From IMG/VR virus record IMGVR_UViG_3300040801_001355, positions 11,750 through 75,749 of that record: 64,000 nucleotides of DNA; one strand, written 5' to 3'. Below the pieces are notes generated by a model. That model worked only from the letters and a program-made list of their open reading frames with translations. It made no database searches and had not been told where the DNA came from. The position numbers were made by a program, and so were the translations under genes. Shown here in pieces: positions 9,836-19,749 of the stretch; position 1 is the first letter of the stretch; each line of letters begins with the position of its first letter. Origin of the DNA: a virus. Lineage: Duplodnaviria; Caudoviricetes.

Positions 9836-10948
9836 ATGTCAGACGGGGAAAAGAAACGACAAGGCGGCGAAGCTGCGATAGGCGCAGATTTCGATGATAA
9901 CAGACCATGGAACGATGGTGTTATACATAATATAATGTATAATGAGATGGGCGTGTCTCCTGCGATACCATACGAGGGAGAGCCGCCGAGAAAGTTGCCA
10001 ATTTTAAATCCAGAGAACCCTGTGTTTCGTACTAATAAAGATTTGCCTATTACTTATACGAACAGCAAAACAGGCATCCAGTTTAGCGAACCAATTGGGA
10101 CGAGGTTATACCGCAATACTGGTTCACTGTCCCCTGAGTTAAGCCCTACAGATGAAATGGTTGATATGCCTATATGGAATACAGAGGAACAATATAAAAA
10201 AAATATAAAAAAATATCGTGAGAAGTTTAATCTAAATGAAAACAATATGCCTAAGCCGCCGCCTGGTTCACGTGGAATCTTTGGGGTAAAGGATGAGCGC
10301 GACCCGTACGACCCAAAGTATAGGTATCCGTCGCCATTTATTGATGACATTAAGTTAGACTATATTCTCAACACACATGTCAGCGACAATGATTATGGGC
10401 GGGATATGTATGAAGCATCAGCTAATGCTGCATGGCGATATGACGGAGACCCGTATGGTTTGATTCGCGAACATTTTTATAATAATTATGTTAAACAAGG
10501 CAAAGTTACTTTAACAGGAGATTACGATAAAGATACGTGGCGAGAGTATCTGCCGACAGCAGACGAAATTTATATGGTAAGAGAATATTACAATAGTCAG
10601 TTTGATGCGCCAACCCAAGCAACCAATCGAGTGGCACAGCATTATCCAACGGCGTATATGGCAGAACACAAAGGTAACTCAAACCGCATTGGGGCTACGT
10701 ATATTGAAGCGCTGGAGAAGAAAGCGAAAGAAGAGTACGAAGCATGGGAGCAAGAAAAAAAAGACAGAGCATGGCGTCGCGCTCAAGCAGCTGGTGCGGC
10801 TAACACAATGCGAGAAGGTGCGCACGACAGAATGTATCAACGACAACCTATTGAATACAGGAGAGAAGATTGGATAGATGAGGCACCCCTAATAATCAAA
10901 CCTCCTAAAAAGAACAGAGATACCTTAAACAAGTTATTTGGGCAATAA
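9836..10948 (+). CDS. Hypothetical virion (possible cargo/ejection) protein
   Basis: 370 aa hydrophilic ORF coupled between the SLT and muzzle genes. Confidence 0.5.
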   Translation: MSDGEKKRQGGEAAIGADFDDNRPWNDGVIHNIMYNEMGVSPAIPYEGEPPRKLPILNPENPVFRTNKDLPITYTNSKTGIQFSEPIGTRLYRNTGSLSPELSPTDEMVDMPIWNTEEQYKKNIKKYREKFNLNENNMPKPPPGSRGIFGVKDERDPYDPKYRYPSPFIDDIKLDYILNTHVSDNDYGRDMYEASANAAWRYDGDPYGLIREHFYNNYVKQGKVTLTGDYDKDTWREYLPTADEIYMVREYYNSQFDAPTQATNRVAQHYPTAYMAEHKGNSNRIGATYIEALEKKAKEEYEAWEQEKKDRAWRRAQAAGAANTMREGAHDRMYQRQPIEYRREDWIDEAPLIIKPPKKNRDTLNKLFGQ

Positions 10949-10949
10949 T

Positions 10950-13900
10950 ATGAATGACTATAAACCGCAAATAGTAACGCAATTTACAGGATTAAATTCC
11001 GCAGTCGCCCCAGAGTTAATTAACGATGGAGACGCTCGTGATATATTAAATTTTCGTATGGAGAAAGACGGCAAGCTGGTAAGCCGCAACGGCGTATATA
11101 CTGGGCTACATAGCTTTGTGTGCGAAGATAACGATGCAGACCCAGCAATCACTTGTGCTACTAACGAAGAAAATATAATGCGCAGGAAAAGCTATCTTCA
11201 TAGTAGAGGTATACTTGGTATTGGTGAAATTGTATTAGATGGCTACCACAGCGGGCTAGATAGCGATAGATGTATGATTTATGCAATGCGTTCAGAACCA
11301 TCAAAATTTTATACTGGCGATAGAAGATGGCAAACGACATATTTATTTGTACCTTCTAAAGGGAGTTACACAAACACATTTATGCCAACGCGCACAGAAG
11401 ACCCATACGATGCGGCTGATTGGGCTGATTTAAACGCTAACCCTGGCGTACACTTTTCGCATAAATACGACAAAGACCCTAACGGCATAGATTTTGTAGG
11501 CTCACAATTTTTAGACGCTCCTGATAGATGGGTAGCAGAAGAAGATGATATTGATGAGATAACCGACCTATATAAGAATGACGACTGGATAAAACAGTAC
11601 GTTGACTTTGAGCAATATAGACACAAGGTTTTAGTAGCTGATAGAATTAATGGCGACTTAATGATAGAAGACGAATGGGATAGAGGTCATCGTGATGAGA
11701 ATAATCACAACGCCCATGCGTTAAGACTACGTCCTAATACTCTGCAAAAATTTAATATAGAAGATATTTATTTCGACCTATCTTTTAATAGTAATGGATA
11801 TAACGATAAAGATAGCGGCGTCGAAACAGGAATGGGTTTATATAAGTTTGAGTTAGAAACAGATGTGACGGTAGCCACGAGAGACAATTTTGATGGGAGA
11901 TTAACTGATACTAATTATCTTGGAGTTGACGCAGAAGAAATGAAAGGTGGGTGGGGCGCATATTTACGAGCAAGCTACTTAGTATCTGCTGGTGCGGTCT
12001 CAACTTTATTGAGTTTAGTTGAGCAGGCTTTGCCAAACTCCTCCGATGGCGGGATGGATATATGGAGTTATTGGTCAGTTAACAATGAATTGAAATACAC
12101 ATTTACAAATGAAAACACTAATGCCGAGTACGTCAACTTATTGTCACAGCCCAAAATAAAAGAACACAAATACTTTGACGAAACAACATCGGAAGAAATT
12201 AAAGAGTATCCCGCAGACTTTTATAAGTGGGACGATTTCTCTCTTGCTTACTACCCAACTCTTGGCAGACGAGAAGATTATGAGTACTCTGGCACAGAGT
12301 CTAATGATGAATTTTTACTAAGAGATTATGACAGAGAGTTCACGCAAACCTCATCTACATCTCCTAAGATATACCCTTTAGATGAAAAGGAAGACCCCGC
12401 GAACCAAGTGCCATTAGGCGTATGGCGATATAGATTTGTATGGGATTTTGGCGATGGGATTTATTCAGCGCCGTCAGTCGATGTGCCTGCTCCAGATATT
12501 ATGTGGTCACCATTGCGCGACAGCGGTTGCGTAGATAGCGGCAATTTATATGATAGGCCAGAAAGATTTGGCAATAGTAAAAATGATTTAACATCACAAT
12601 TCCTACAGCAATACACAGAACAAAGTGGGACATATAGCGGCAGTGATTACTCGCCATTTATAGATGTACCTCATATCTTTGACGCATCTGGGGATTTAAC
12701 GCAATTCGGCCAACTCTTTTACGATATTAAAAATGAATTATACAGTGACGTACAAAGCAAATACGGTACGCCGCCAAGCGGGGCGTCTAATATGTGGTCG
12801 CATAATGAGAAGGGAGATTTTTCTACTTTAATAACAACAGACTTTGGCGATGGGATGTTGAAGTTAAATGGATTAGTTTGGGAAGGGTTTGGCACTACAA
12901 GGTCAATAGCTGATAACAATTATGTCGCGTCATTAAAAGTCTGGGACTTTGTTGATTTATCTTATCGGACGATAGGTGTGTCAAGTGTACGCGATAGTTT
13001 CTTGAATAATGGCGGCTTAATTGTCCCAATTTTTCAAGATAGCGGTAGGCCTGAAACGCAGAATTCTTTATTTGATGACGAAGGCAAATTGCGATTAGGG
13101 TGGAAGAGGGGGACGCCGACATCGGCGCCAACATTAGGTACGCAAGATTTATTTGCACAACTAATTGTTCCTGGATTTTGCTTAACAGCAGGTCGCACGG
13201 AAACAAATAGCCCAAGTCAAGATATGTCTGACACATTCTTCTCAGATATCTTGATTCCAGAGTATGCAACACGCGCTGACTCATCAGATATATTTATAAA
13301 TTTTGTATGCCAGGATGAAGTTACAGTAAACAATGACGACAAAAACAATGAGAATGATGGCACATTAGATTTAATTAGGCCCAACACATTGTTGCGCGCG
13401 ACTAAAAGCAACGCAGATAGATTGGTGGTGACAAACCCACAGATACCAACAGAGGTTTTAGACAGACTTATTATCCAAGGGATAGTGCCATTGCATTTAA
13501 TACAAAATGGCGATTATGTTGCAGCGCAAAGTCGATATAACGTTATGACAGGAGGAGGCGCCCCAAGTTCTTTTGCGAGGAGCGTGCCACGTACAGCATA
13601 TGGCTTTAAAACGTCGCCAACACAGTATAGGCATGCTGATGATAAGGCTGCTACACGTATTAGTAATGGCGATACTTTTGTTGACAACTTAGATGTGCGC
13701 ATTTATGGAGAAGGTGAACGCTTGATGATACCTGAACAACTCAGCTCAATCTTCCCAAGTTCGCTACTCTTTGAAGCACCGCGTATCGCGATACGCATTA
13801 ACGAAGACAAAGTGCCTAAGAGAGCTAAGAGGTTGTTAATATTTAGAACGGTCGCATCGCACAGAAATGATTACGACCCCAATTCATTTGGGTTAGTAGA

Positions 13901-16076
13901 TGAAGTTGATGTGCCATGGAATGGGGCGTCAGTTCAAACATCATTAAAAGACGGCAAATTGGCGTATGATGGTTCATTCAATAATAGAGAAACCAATACA
14001 GTAGAGGGCATATATTTCTTCGATGACGTACAAGATGACGCGTTAGATTTTAGTGAGGATATTTCAAAGTATGACGGGTTGACTGAACCAATCAAGTCCC
14101 GCTTTAACATGGCGCTTAATGAAAGGGTTTACTACTCTAACTTTGAAGAAAGCTATCAGCCACATCAGCACAAATCTTATGTGCGTGGCGTTGGCCCATC
14201 ACAACCCATTGACCAATTGCAACCCAAATATAAGAAAATTACAAGTCCTAAGGGCGATATTTGGATGACGAACCAAGCACATTATGTATTCGCCTATGAA
14301 GATATAAATGGGGTTGTATCTCCATCAACACAAATAGTTACTATTTATACAACCTCAGATAAAGCAAATGTCTTTTATAACTTAGGCTTTGCTTATGACT
14401 CTTCTATTAAACAACTGAACGTGTATCGCTCTACGAATAGTTTACCGAAAACTCTCAATGAAGTTGCGAGGAGTTATGAGATAGGCGAAACAATTGATGG
14501 CGTTAACTTTTATAAGATAGGTGAGTTAGAATATGATAACGAAGGGATATTTTTAGATGATAATCTACCCAATGGCTCGCTGGCTCCCGAGGTGGTGAAA
14601 GTAGGAGATAACGATATAAGGCCAAACTTCAAGCCATCCACTTATAATTATGAAAGTGCTTTACGTTGGTCAGAGCCATATCTTCCTGATAAAATTAAGA
14701 GCGACAGTTTTTCTGAGTATCGAGCAGGAGACGGCGACCAAATTACAGGCGTGGAATCTCAATATGGCAACTTGGTAATATTCAAAGAGAACTCAATCCA
14801 TAGGGTTGCAGTACAAGCAGCGGACCCGCCATTGTCACGTACTGATGAGATTACTCCTGAATACGGGTGTATCGCACCTAATACTCTTATTAACGTGGAT
14901 AACACTCTTTACTTCTTATCGTGGAAAGGGTTGATAATGTATGATAACAATAAGCTGCAAAAGATTGACGGCAAATTTGACGAAGAGCTACAGTTAGTTA
15001 TCAAGGAAGCGGGCGACCACATACGTGATGCAGCGTGTGGGTACAACCCATACTTTAATGAATTATATTTGAACGTACCAATGTTAAACAGCACCTCAGC
15101 AGTGCAGCCTGACGATGGCGGTGGTGGCGACATTGTTAATGGTGGTGACTTTAGCCCAGCATCTATAGACTTCCCTAACCCATATACTCAACGACAAAAC
15201 ATAGGTTATTATGGTAAGAAGAATCTATATGGTTATGATAGAGAAATCTTAGGCCACGTATACGTTATACATCTTGGCGGGAACTATGTGACTAAATTTA
15301 GTTATATACCACAGATTTATGTGGACGACGTAACATATTTATCTCGTATACACCAATCACAATTACTGCGTAAATACTATACCAACTCTCTCGGAGAAAT
15401 GAGAAGCGCTGATATACACCCATCTCGATATGGATGGCAAGATGATAAGCTCAAGCACGCAGGCTTTTACATAGAGACCCCATACAACAAAGATGGACGC
15501 AGCACATTTATAGATGAAGACGAATTGTTGGATGCGCGACAATACTCAGGTGAATATACAGATGCAGTGGACTGGGAGTTAGATTTAAACCAACGAATTA
15601 CATACCCATTCTTAGAAGAGTTCCGAAGCAAATTCTTCACAGGTGGCAGTGAGTCTGTTATTAAAAGAGTCCGCCAAACCCATAGCAATATGTTCTCTAA
15701 AGGATATATAACTATGAGGGGTATATCAATACCTAATGATTCAATAGACGATAGGATAGATAACTTACACAATGTCACGCGTGATGTCGAAAAGATATTT
15801 ACACGTAGAGACCAAACATTCGAGTATAATCCTACGATAGATTACGCAACAAACGACTATCATCCATTACATACTAATGACTATATTAGTGGAACGCAAA
15901 CGAATCTACTACGTTTTATTAATAAGGCAGACTCCTTCGTAGACAACAAAGAATATGGGTGGAATGATTTAACAGGCAAGCCAATACGTTACGGGATAGA
16001 TATTATCGCGTCTAAAAGAACGCAAATAAATCAGATAGGATTTTATTGGAGAGCTATACATAGTTATCTTGGATAA
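10950..16076 (+). CDS. Tail nozzle/muzzle (P22 gp10/T7 gp12/crAss muzzle-like) protein
   Basis: N-terminal FTGLNS..PELI..GDARDILNFR..DGKLVSRNG; C-terminal LRWSEP..GDQITG..LVIFKENSI..YGCIAPNT..LYFLSWKG propeller blades typical of tail stabilisation proteins. Confidence 0.75.
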   Translation: MNDYKPQIVTQFTGLNSAVAPELINDGDARDILNFRMEKDGKLVSRNGVYTGLHSFVCEDNDADPAITCATNEENIMRRKSYLHSRGILGIGEIVLDGYHSGLDSDRCMIYAMRSEPSKFYTGDRRWQTTYLFVPSKGSYTNTFMPTRTEDPYDAADWADLNANPGVHFSHKYDKDPNGIDFVGSQFLDAPDRWVAEEDDIDEITDLYKNDDWIKQYVDFEQYRHKVLVADRINGDLMIEDEWDRGHRDENNHNAHALRLRPNTLQKFNIEDIYFDLSFNSNGYNDKDSGVETGMGLYKFELETDVTVATRDNFDGRLTDTNYLGVDAEEMKGGWGAYLRASYLVSAGAVSTLLSLVEQALPNSSDGGMDIWSYWSVNNELKYTFTNENTNAEYVNLLSQPKIKEHKYFDETTSEEIKEYPADFYKWDDFSLAYYPTLGRREDYEYSGTESNDEFLLRDYDREFTQTSSTSPKIYPLDEKEDPANQVPLGVWRYRFVWDFGDGIYSAPSVDVPAPDIMWSPLRDSGCVDSGNLYDRPERFGNSKNDLTSQFLQQYTEQSGTYSGSDYSPFIDVPHIFDASGDLTQFGQLFYDIKNELYSDVQSKYGTPPSGASNMWSHNEKGDFSTLITTDFGDGMLKLNGLVWEGFGTTRSIADNNYVASLKVWDFVDLSYRTIGVSSVRDSFLNNGGLIVPIFQDSGRPETQNSLFDDEGKLRLGWKRGTPTSAPTLGTQDLFAQLIVPGFCLTAGRTETNSPSQDMSDTFFSDILIPEYATRADSSDIFINFVCQDEVTVNNDDKNNENDGTLDLIRPNTLLRATKSNADRLVVTNPQIPTEVLDRLIIQGIVPLHLIQNGDYVAAQSRYNVMTGGGAPSSFARSVPRTAYGFKTSPTQYRHADDKAATRISNGDTFVDNLDVRIYGEGERLMIPEQLSSIFPSSLLFEAPRIAIRINEDKVPKRAKRLLIFRTVASHRNDYDPNSFGLVDEVDVPWNGASVQTSLKDGKLAYDGSFNNRETNTVEGIYFFDDVQDDALDFSEDISKYDGLTEPIKSRFNMALNERVYYSNFEESYQPHQHKSYVRGVGPSQPIDQLQPKYKKITSPKGDIWMTNQAHYVFAYEDINGVVSPSTQIVTIYTTSDKANVFYNLGFAYDSSIKQLNVYRSTNSLPKTLNEVARSYEIGETIDGVNFYKIGELEYDNEGIFLDDNLPNGSLAPEVVKVGDNDIRPNFKPSTYNYESALRWSEPYLPDKIKSDSFSEYRAGDGDQITGVESQYGNLVIFKENSIHRVAVQAADPPLSRTDEITPEYGCIAPNTLINVDNTLYFLSWKGLIMYDNNKLQKIDGKFDEELQLVIKEAGDHIRDAACGYNPYFNELYLNVPMLNSTSAVQPDDGGGGDIVNGGDFSPASIDFPNPYTQRQNIGYYGKKNLYGYDREILGHVYVIHLGGNYVTKFSYIPQIYVDDVTYLSRIHQSQLLRKYYTNSLGEMRSADIHPSRYGWQDDKLKHAGFYIETPYNKDGRSTFIDEDELLDARQYSGEYTDAVDWELDLNQRITYPFLEEFRSKFFTGGSESVIKRVRQTHSNMFSKGYITMRGISIPNDSIDDRIDNLHNVTRDVEKIFTRRDQTFEYNPTIDYATNDYHPLHTNDYISGTQTNLLRFINKADSFVDNKEYGWNDLTGKPIRYGIDIIASKRTQINQIGFYWRAIHSYLG

Positions 16077-16099
16077 GATAGAAAAATTAATTATATTTG
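16068..16099 (+). promoter_or_regulatory. Bacteroidota-type promoter (CTTG-N20-TATATTTG)
   Basis: CTTG 16068-16071 and TATATTTG 16092-16099. The 15-mer TTAATTATATTTGCA is shared with 28817-28831. Confidence 0.65.
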
Positions 16100-16120
16100 C
16101 ACAAAAAGTGTGGAGTAATA

Positions 16121-17197
16121 ATGGCCATAAAAACATATAGAATTTTACGTGAACGTCAAGCTCACTTACTTAACGCAACAATACAGCGGCTAAAGATGCC
16201 ATTGTTAGCGGGAGGGGGTGTAGTTAGCGTAGACGCTGACGGCAACTTCATTAACAGCGCGAGTGTCCCTGGCGCTCCTGGAGTTGATTTAACTTGGGGT
16301 TCGATAACAGGCACGTTGTCAGACCAGACGGATTTGAATAGTGCTTTAAGTGATAAGTTAGAAGCCTCTGACATTGCCAATAAAGTCGATAACACTACAA
16401 CGGTAAATAGTCAAGCATTAAGTTCAAATGTAACATTGGATGCGGACGATATTTCTGACGCTTCAACTACGAAAAAGTTTGTCACCGATACAGAAAAAAG
16501 CACGTGGAACGGGAAGCCCGATAATAAAGCCGATATTGGTTTAGGGAGTGTTCCTAACTTAGACACAACTAATGCGGTTAATAACGCACATACTCACGCA
16601 AATAAAGCTACATTAGACGCTACGCAAGAATCATTTACTACAACTTTAAAAAACAAACTTGATGGTGTTGATACAGGAGCTAACAATTACACACATCCTG
16701 CAACACATCCACCTTCAATCATAACGCAAGATGCAAGTAATCGGTTTGTTACCGATGCAGAAAAAAGCACGTGGAATAGTAAACTTGATTCAGTACCTTC
16801 AAATACAGACGCTGCAAAAATAGCTAATGGGACGGTATCAAATACAGAGTTTCAATATTTGAACGGTGTTACAAGTGCAATTCAAACGCAAATAAATAGT
16901 AAAACTCCCAAGATTACAAGAACCACACAATCAAATTTAACGTGTAATTTTGCTTCAACAAATTACATTGTAGCAACTGTAACAGGGAATCAATCCTTCT
17001 CATTATCAAATGTTCCAACAGATGAAATAGTTACAGTCTTAATTATCAATACTGGTGGTGGCGATATTACTTTACCAAATACAGCCGATTACTTTTCAGC
17101 AGCAACATTTACACACGCTGCGGGTGGTGTTCGGGAATATTCAATATTTTATGATGGCACTAATCGTTATTGGCAAGTATCTGAGGAATTGACATGA
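16121..17197 (+). CDS. Tail fibre protein
   Basis: WGSITGTLSDQTDL, K.DIGLGSVPN, YTHPATHP and a duplicated FVTD.EKSTWN.K motif, all typical fibre shaft repeats; small beta-rich C-terminal domain. Confidence 0.75.
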   Translation: MAIKTYRILRERQAHLLNATIQRLKMPLLAGGGVVSVDADGNFINSASVPGAPGVDLTWGSITGTLSDQTDLNSALSDKLEASDIANKVDNTTTVNSQALSSNVTLDADDISDASTTKKFVTDTEKSTWNGKPDNKADIGLGSVPNLDTTNAVNNAHTHANKATLDATQESFTTTLKNKLDGVDTGANNYTHPATHPPSIITQDASNRFVTDAEKSTWNSKLDSVPSNTDAAKIANGTVSNTEFQYLNGVTSAIQTQINSKTPKITRTTQSNLTCNFASTNYIVATVTGNQSFSLSNVPTDEIVTVLIINTGGGDITLPNTADYFSAATFTHAAGGVREYSIFYDGTNRYWQVSEELT

Positions 17198-17910
17198 TAA
17201 GAAGACGTGTCATAAAAGGTAGGAGTAAAAGTGGTGGTGGAGTTGGCAGATTGTATCATTGCGATGGAGATTCTGACAAAATCTATGAATTAGATGTAGA
17301 TACAATGTTAGACATTTCGAGTGGCGGTGTTGCAAGTCCGTCAACAAATCCAACTGGCGTAGGTGGAATAAGTGACAGATTATATCATTGTAATTTAAAT
17401 AGTGACAAACTCTACGAAATAGACATAGACACAAGGTTAGATATAAGTTCGGGCGGTGTTTCAACACCAGCGTCGTCTCCTTACGGCGTAGGTGGAATAA
17501 GTGATAGATTATATCATTGCGATTCAAATAGTGACAAACTCTACGAAATAGACATAGACACAAGATTAGATATAAGTTCGGGCGGTGTTTCAACACCAGC
17601 GTCGTTTCCTTTTGGCGTAGGTGGAATAAGTGATAGATTATATCATTGCGGTTATATAGCTCGCAAAATCTATGAATTAGATGTGGGTACTTTATTAGAT
17701 ATAAGTTCGGGCGGCGTAGCAAGTCCGTCGACAGGAGCCATGGGTGTTGGTGGAATAAGTGACAGATTATACCATTGTGATGAAATTGCTGACAAAATCT
17801 ATAAATTGGACGTGGACACGAGGTTAGACATAAGTAGCGGTGGTGTATCAAGCCCGAGTGCACGCCCATACGGTATTGGTGGAATAAAAGTAGTTGAAGA
17901 AGCAGTTTAA
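17194..17910 (+). CDS. Five-repeat beta-propeller-like protein (putative receptor-binding subunit)
   Basis: Short MIRRR leader followed by five 42-43 aa repeats RLYHC...KxYExDxxTxLDISSGGV..P....GxGGISD. Confidence 0.7.
   Translation: MIRRRVIKGRSKSGGGVGRLYHCDGDSDKIYELDVDTMLDISSGGVASPSTNPTGVGGISDRLYHCNLNSDKLYEIDIDTRLDISSGGVSTPASSPYGVGGISDRLYHCDSNSDKLYEIDIDTRLDISSGGVSTPASFPFGVGGISDRLYHCGYIARKIYELDVGTLLDISSGGVASPSTGAMGVGGISDRLYHCDEIADKIYKLDVDTRLDISSGGVSSPSARPYGIGGIKVVEEAV
17248..17889 (+). repeat. Five in-frame 129-bp tandem repeats
   Basis: Units 2 and 3 are nearly identical at DNA level (e.g. AGTGACAAACTCTACGAAATAGACATAGACACAAG occurs twice). Confidence 0.9.
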
Positions 17911-17928
17911 TAAATTAAAGGAGATAAA

Positions 17929-18249
17929 ATGGAATATTTAAGAATCGAATTAAAACAAGGCACTCCGTTAGATGCCTTTTATCCAAGAATAAAAAACAAA
18001 TTCAATTGGACTGCATTCGGAACAAGCGTCCAAGCAATTCAATTAGATACTAACGTAATCACAGGCACTAAAGAAGAAGACGGTGATTATATTTACGTGT
18101 TACCGATAGCGGATAAGACACAAGCATTAAAAGCACAAAAGCATTTATTGACTTTTAAAGTTGTGAAAACGGTAACAATCTTAACAGAAGAACAGGCAAT
18201 TGAAGAAAAGCGTATCATAACAGAATTTAAAAAATCTCAAAAGGTGTAA
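17929..18249 (+). CDS. Hypothetical protein (tail fibre module)
   Basis: 106 aa, AAGGAG RBS. Confidence 0.55.
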   Translation: MEYLRIELKQGTPLDAFYPRIKNKFNWTAFGTSVQAIQLDTNVITGTKEEDGDYIYVLPIADKTQALKAQKHLLTFKVVKTVTILTEEQAIEEKRIITEFKKSQKV

Positions 18250-18250
18250 T

Positions 18251-18829
18251 GTGTATTATTACATTATAAACGATAAAATAAAAGGTTATGAAAAGCAATT
18301 TGATTCTGCTTTATATTCATATCCTGAATTAACAGAAGGCCAAAAAACCTTTTACGAAAGTAATCCTGATGCAACTTTACAAGAAGTGTTAAATGAAGCA
18401 TTGACAGTAAAGACAGCAGAGGAATTGCTAAATGATGCAATTGAAAGTAAGCTCTCTGACTTTAATCAATGGTTAAGAGAGCAACAAGATACACCGATTA
18501 CGGTTAATTTGCCAAGTGGTGCAGTTGCAGAGCTTAAACCTAACGAGCAAGTAGAAAGTAATCTAACTAAACAATCAAATGGTTTAGATAAGATGTTTGC
18601 TCTGCATACAAAAACAGGTGGTCAAGCAGGATTAGATGAAAGCACAATTGTTATTGACATATTAAATTATGACTTAACAACTACATCGGTTAGTTACACA
18701 GAGTATCTAATGGTACTCGGAACTATGTTTGACAAATTTAACGAGCTATATATAAAGAGCAAAGGAATACCCGCACAGATAAATGCGTGTACCACAATAG
18801 AAGAAGTCAATGCGATAGCATGGGAGTAA
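18251..18829 (+). CDS. Tail fibre assembly chaperone-like (DUF4376-like) protein
   Basis: Helical; ends with QINACTTIEEVNAIAWE, the typical I.A..T.EE+.AI.W terminus. Confidence 0.6.
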   Translation: MYYYIINDKIKGYEKQFDSALYSYPELTEGQKTFYESNPDATLQEVLNEALTVKTAEELLNDAIESKLSDFNQWLREQQDTPITVNLPSGAVAELKPNEQVESNLTKQSNGLDKMFALHTKTGGQAGLDESTIVIDILNYDLTTTSVSYTEYLMVLGTMFDKFNELYIKSKGIPAQINACTTIEEVNAIAWE

Positions 18830-18832
18830 TAT

Positions 18833-18940
18833 ATGACAACAGCAGAAATTATAATGTTAAGTATTATCGTAGTAGGCGGCGTCGGCCTTATCGCAGGCGC
18901 AGTTTATATGAAGCGTTGGTTTGATAACCTGAGGCCATAA
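18833..18940 (+). CDS. 35-aa single-TM peptide (not in ORF track)
   Basis: MTTAEIIMLSIIVVGGVGLIAGAVYMKRWFDNLRP; GGAG upstream; TAA overlaps the next ATG. Confidence 0.55.
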   Translation: MTTAEIIMLSIIVVGGVGLIAGAVYMKRWFDNLRP

Positions 18941-19425
18941 TGCCATACAAACCTCAATATATCGAGGTTCATTTTAGACGCGGCTTAGGATACAGCGTGC
19001 CAGATACAGTTGTGTCTATTGCAACGTTATCTTTACATAGCCACGCTGAACTATATATAGATGGCTGGTCGTATTCCGCAACAATGAAAGAGGGAGTACG
19101 CAAAGTAAAAGGCAAAAGGCTTAACGATGGTACGTGGGATGTATATCGCATTAGAGTAACGTCAGTACAGAAAAGGCAGATGCTGCAATTTTTCGAGGCG
19201 ACTAAAGGTCTGCCGTATGATTATCTTGGCGTCATCTTTTTCATATGGATGCCATTTAGTATACAATGCCCTAAGAAATACTATTGTTTCGAGTGGGTGT
19301 TTGGCGCGTTACGAGCTGGCTTCAAAGAATTAGTGCCACCGTTTTTACCAAATGTTTCTGGTCACGCATTACGTCGAATAGTAAAAGATTTAGAAAAGAA
19401 AAACGCGAAGTATTATGGAAGATAA
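18940..19425 (+). CDS. Permuted papain-like NlpC/P60 (YiiX/YebB-type) hydrolase
   Basis: His before Cys: SHAELY ... GLPYDY ... KYYCFEW. Confidence 0.7.
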   Translation: MPYKPQYIEVHFRRGLGYSVPDTVVSIATLSLHSHAELYIDGWSYSATMKEGVRKVKGKRLNDGTWDVYRIRVTSVQKRQMLQFFEATKGLPYDYLGVIFFIWMPFSIQCPKKYYCFEWVFGALRAGFKELVPPFLPNVSGHALRRIVKDLEKKNAKYYGR

Positions 19426-19744
19426 CATACAAAATAACGCAGGATTTATATTAAAGTATATTGAGATAATAGTGCCTATTCTTATCGCTGGTGTGGTAGG
19501 AATCATAGCGATTGTGGGGTTCTTTTTAAAAAGACTTATCACATCTATCGACAATATGCAAGTAGCCTTTGCGGACTTTGCAGGAGAAATGAGAGTGCAA
19601 ACAGAAATAAATAGTAACATCAAGGAGGACGTGGCTGACTTAAAAAAGTTAGTAAGCGATACGACTTTAGATGTAAAAAATCTGGATGTACGTTTAACAA
19701 CTCTGGAGGTTGCCCACGACCATTTCCATAATAAAAAGAGTTAA
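19415..19744 (+). CDS. Holin-like single-TM protein with coiled coil
   Basis: TM segment IIVPILIAGVVGIIAIVGFFL followed by a heptad coiled coil. Confidence 0.45.
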   Translation: MEDNIQNNAGFILKYIEIIVPILIAGVVGIIAIVGFFLKRLITSIDNMQVAFADFAGEMRVQTEINSNIKEDVADLKKLVSDTTLDVKNLDVRLTTLEVAHDHFHNKKS

Positions 19745-19749
19745 AGATA

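Noticed and set aside
10950-16076. Intein or intron in the oversized muzzle gene
   Set aside because: The frame is continuous and no C/S...HN-C/S/T splice motifs or LAGLIDADG/HNH signatures were seen. Extra length is better explained by insertion domains.
17210-17869. 219-aa antisense ORF
   Set aside because: Shadow of the five-fold repeat on the opposite strand of a coupled operon.
17248-17889. CRISPR array or DGR template/variable repeat pair
   Set aside because: The repeats are in-frame 129-bp coding units with no unique spacers. Differences are not confined to adenines, and no reverse transcriptase or cas gene is present in the window.
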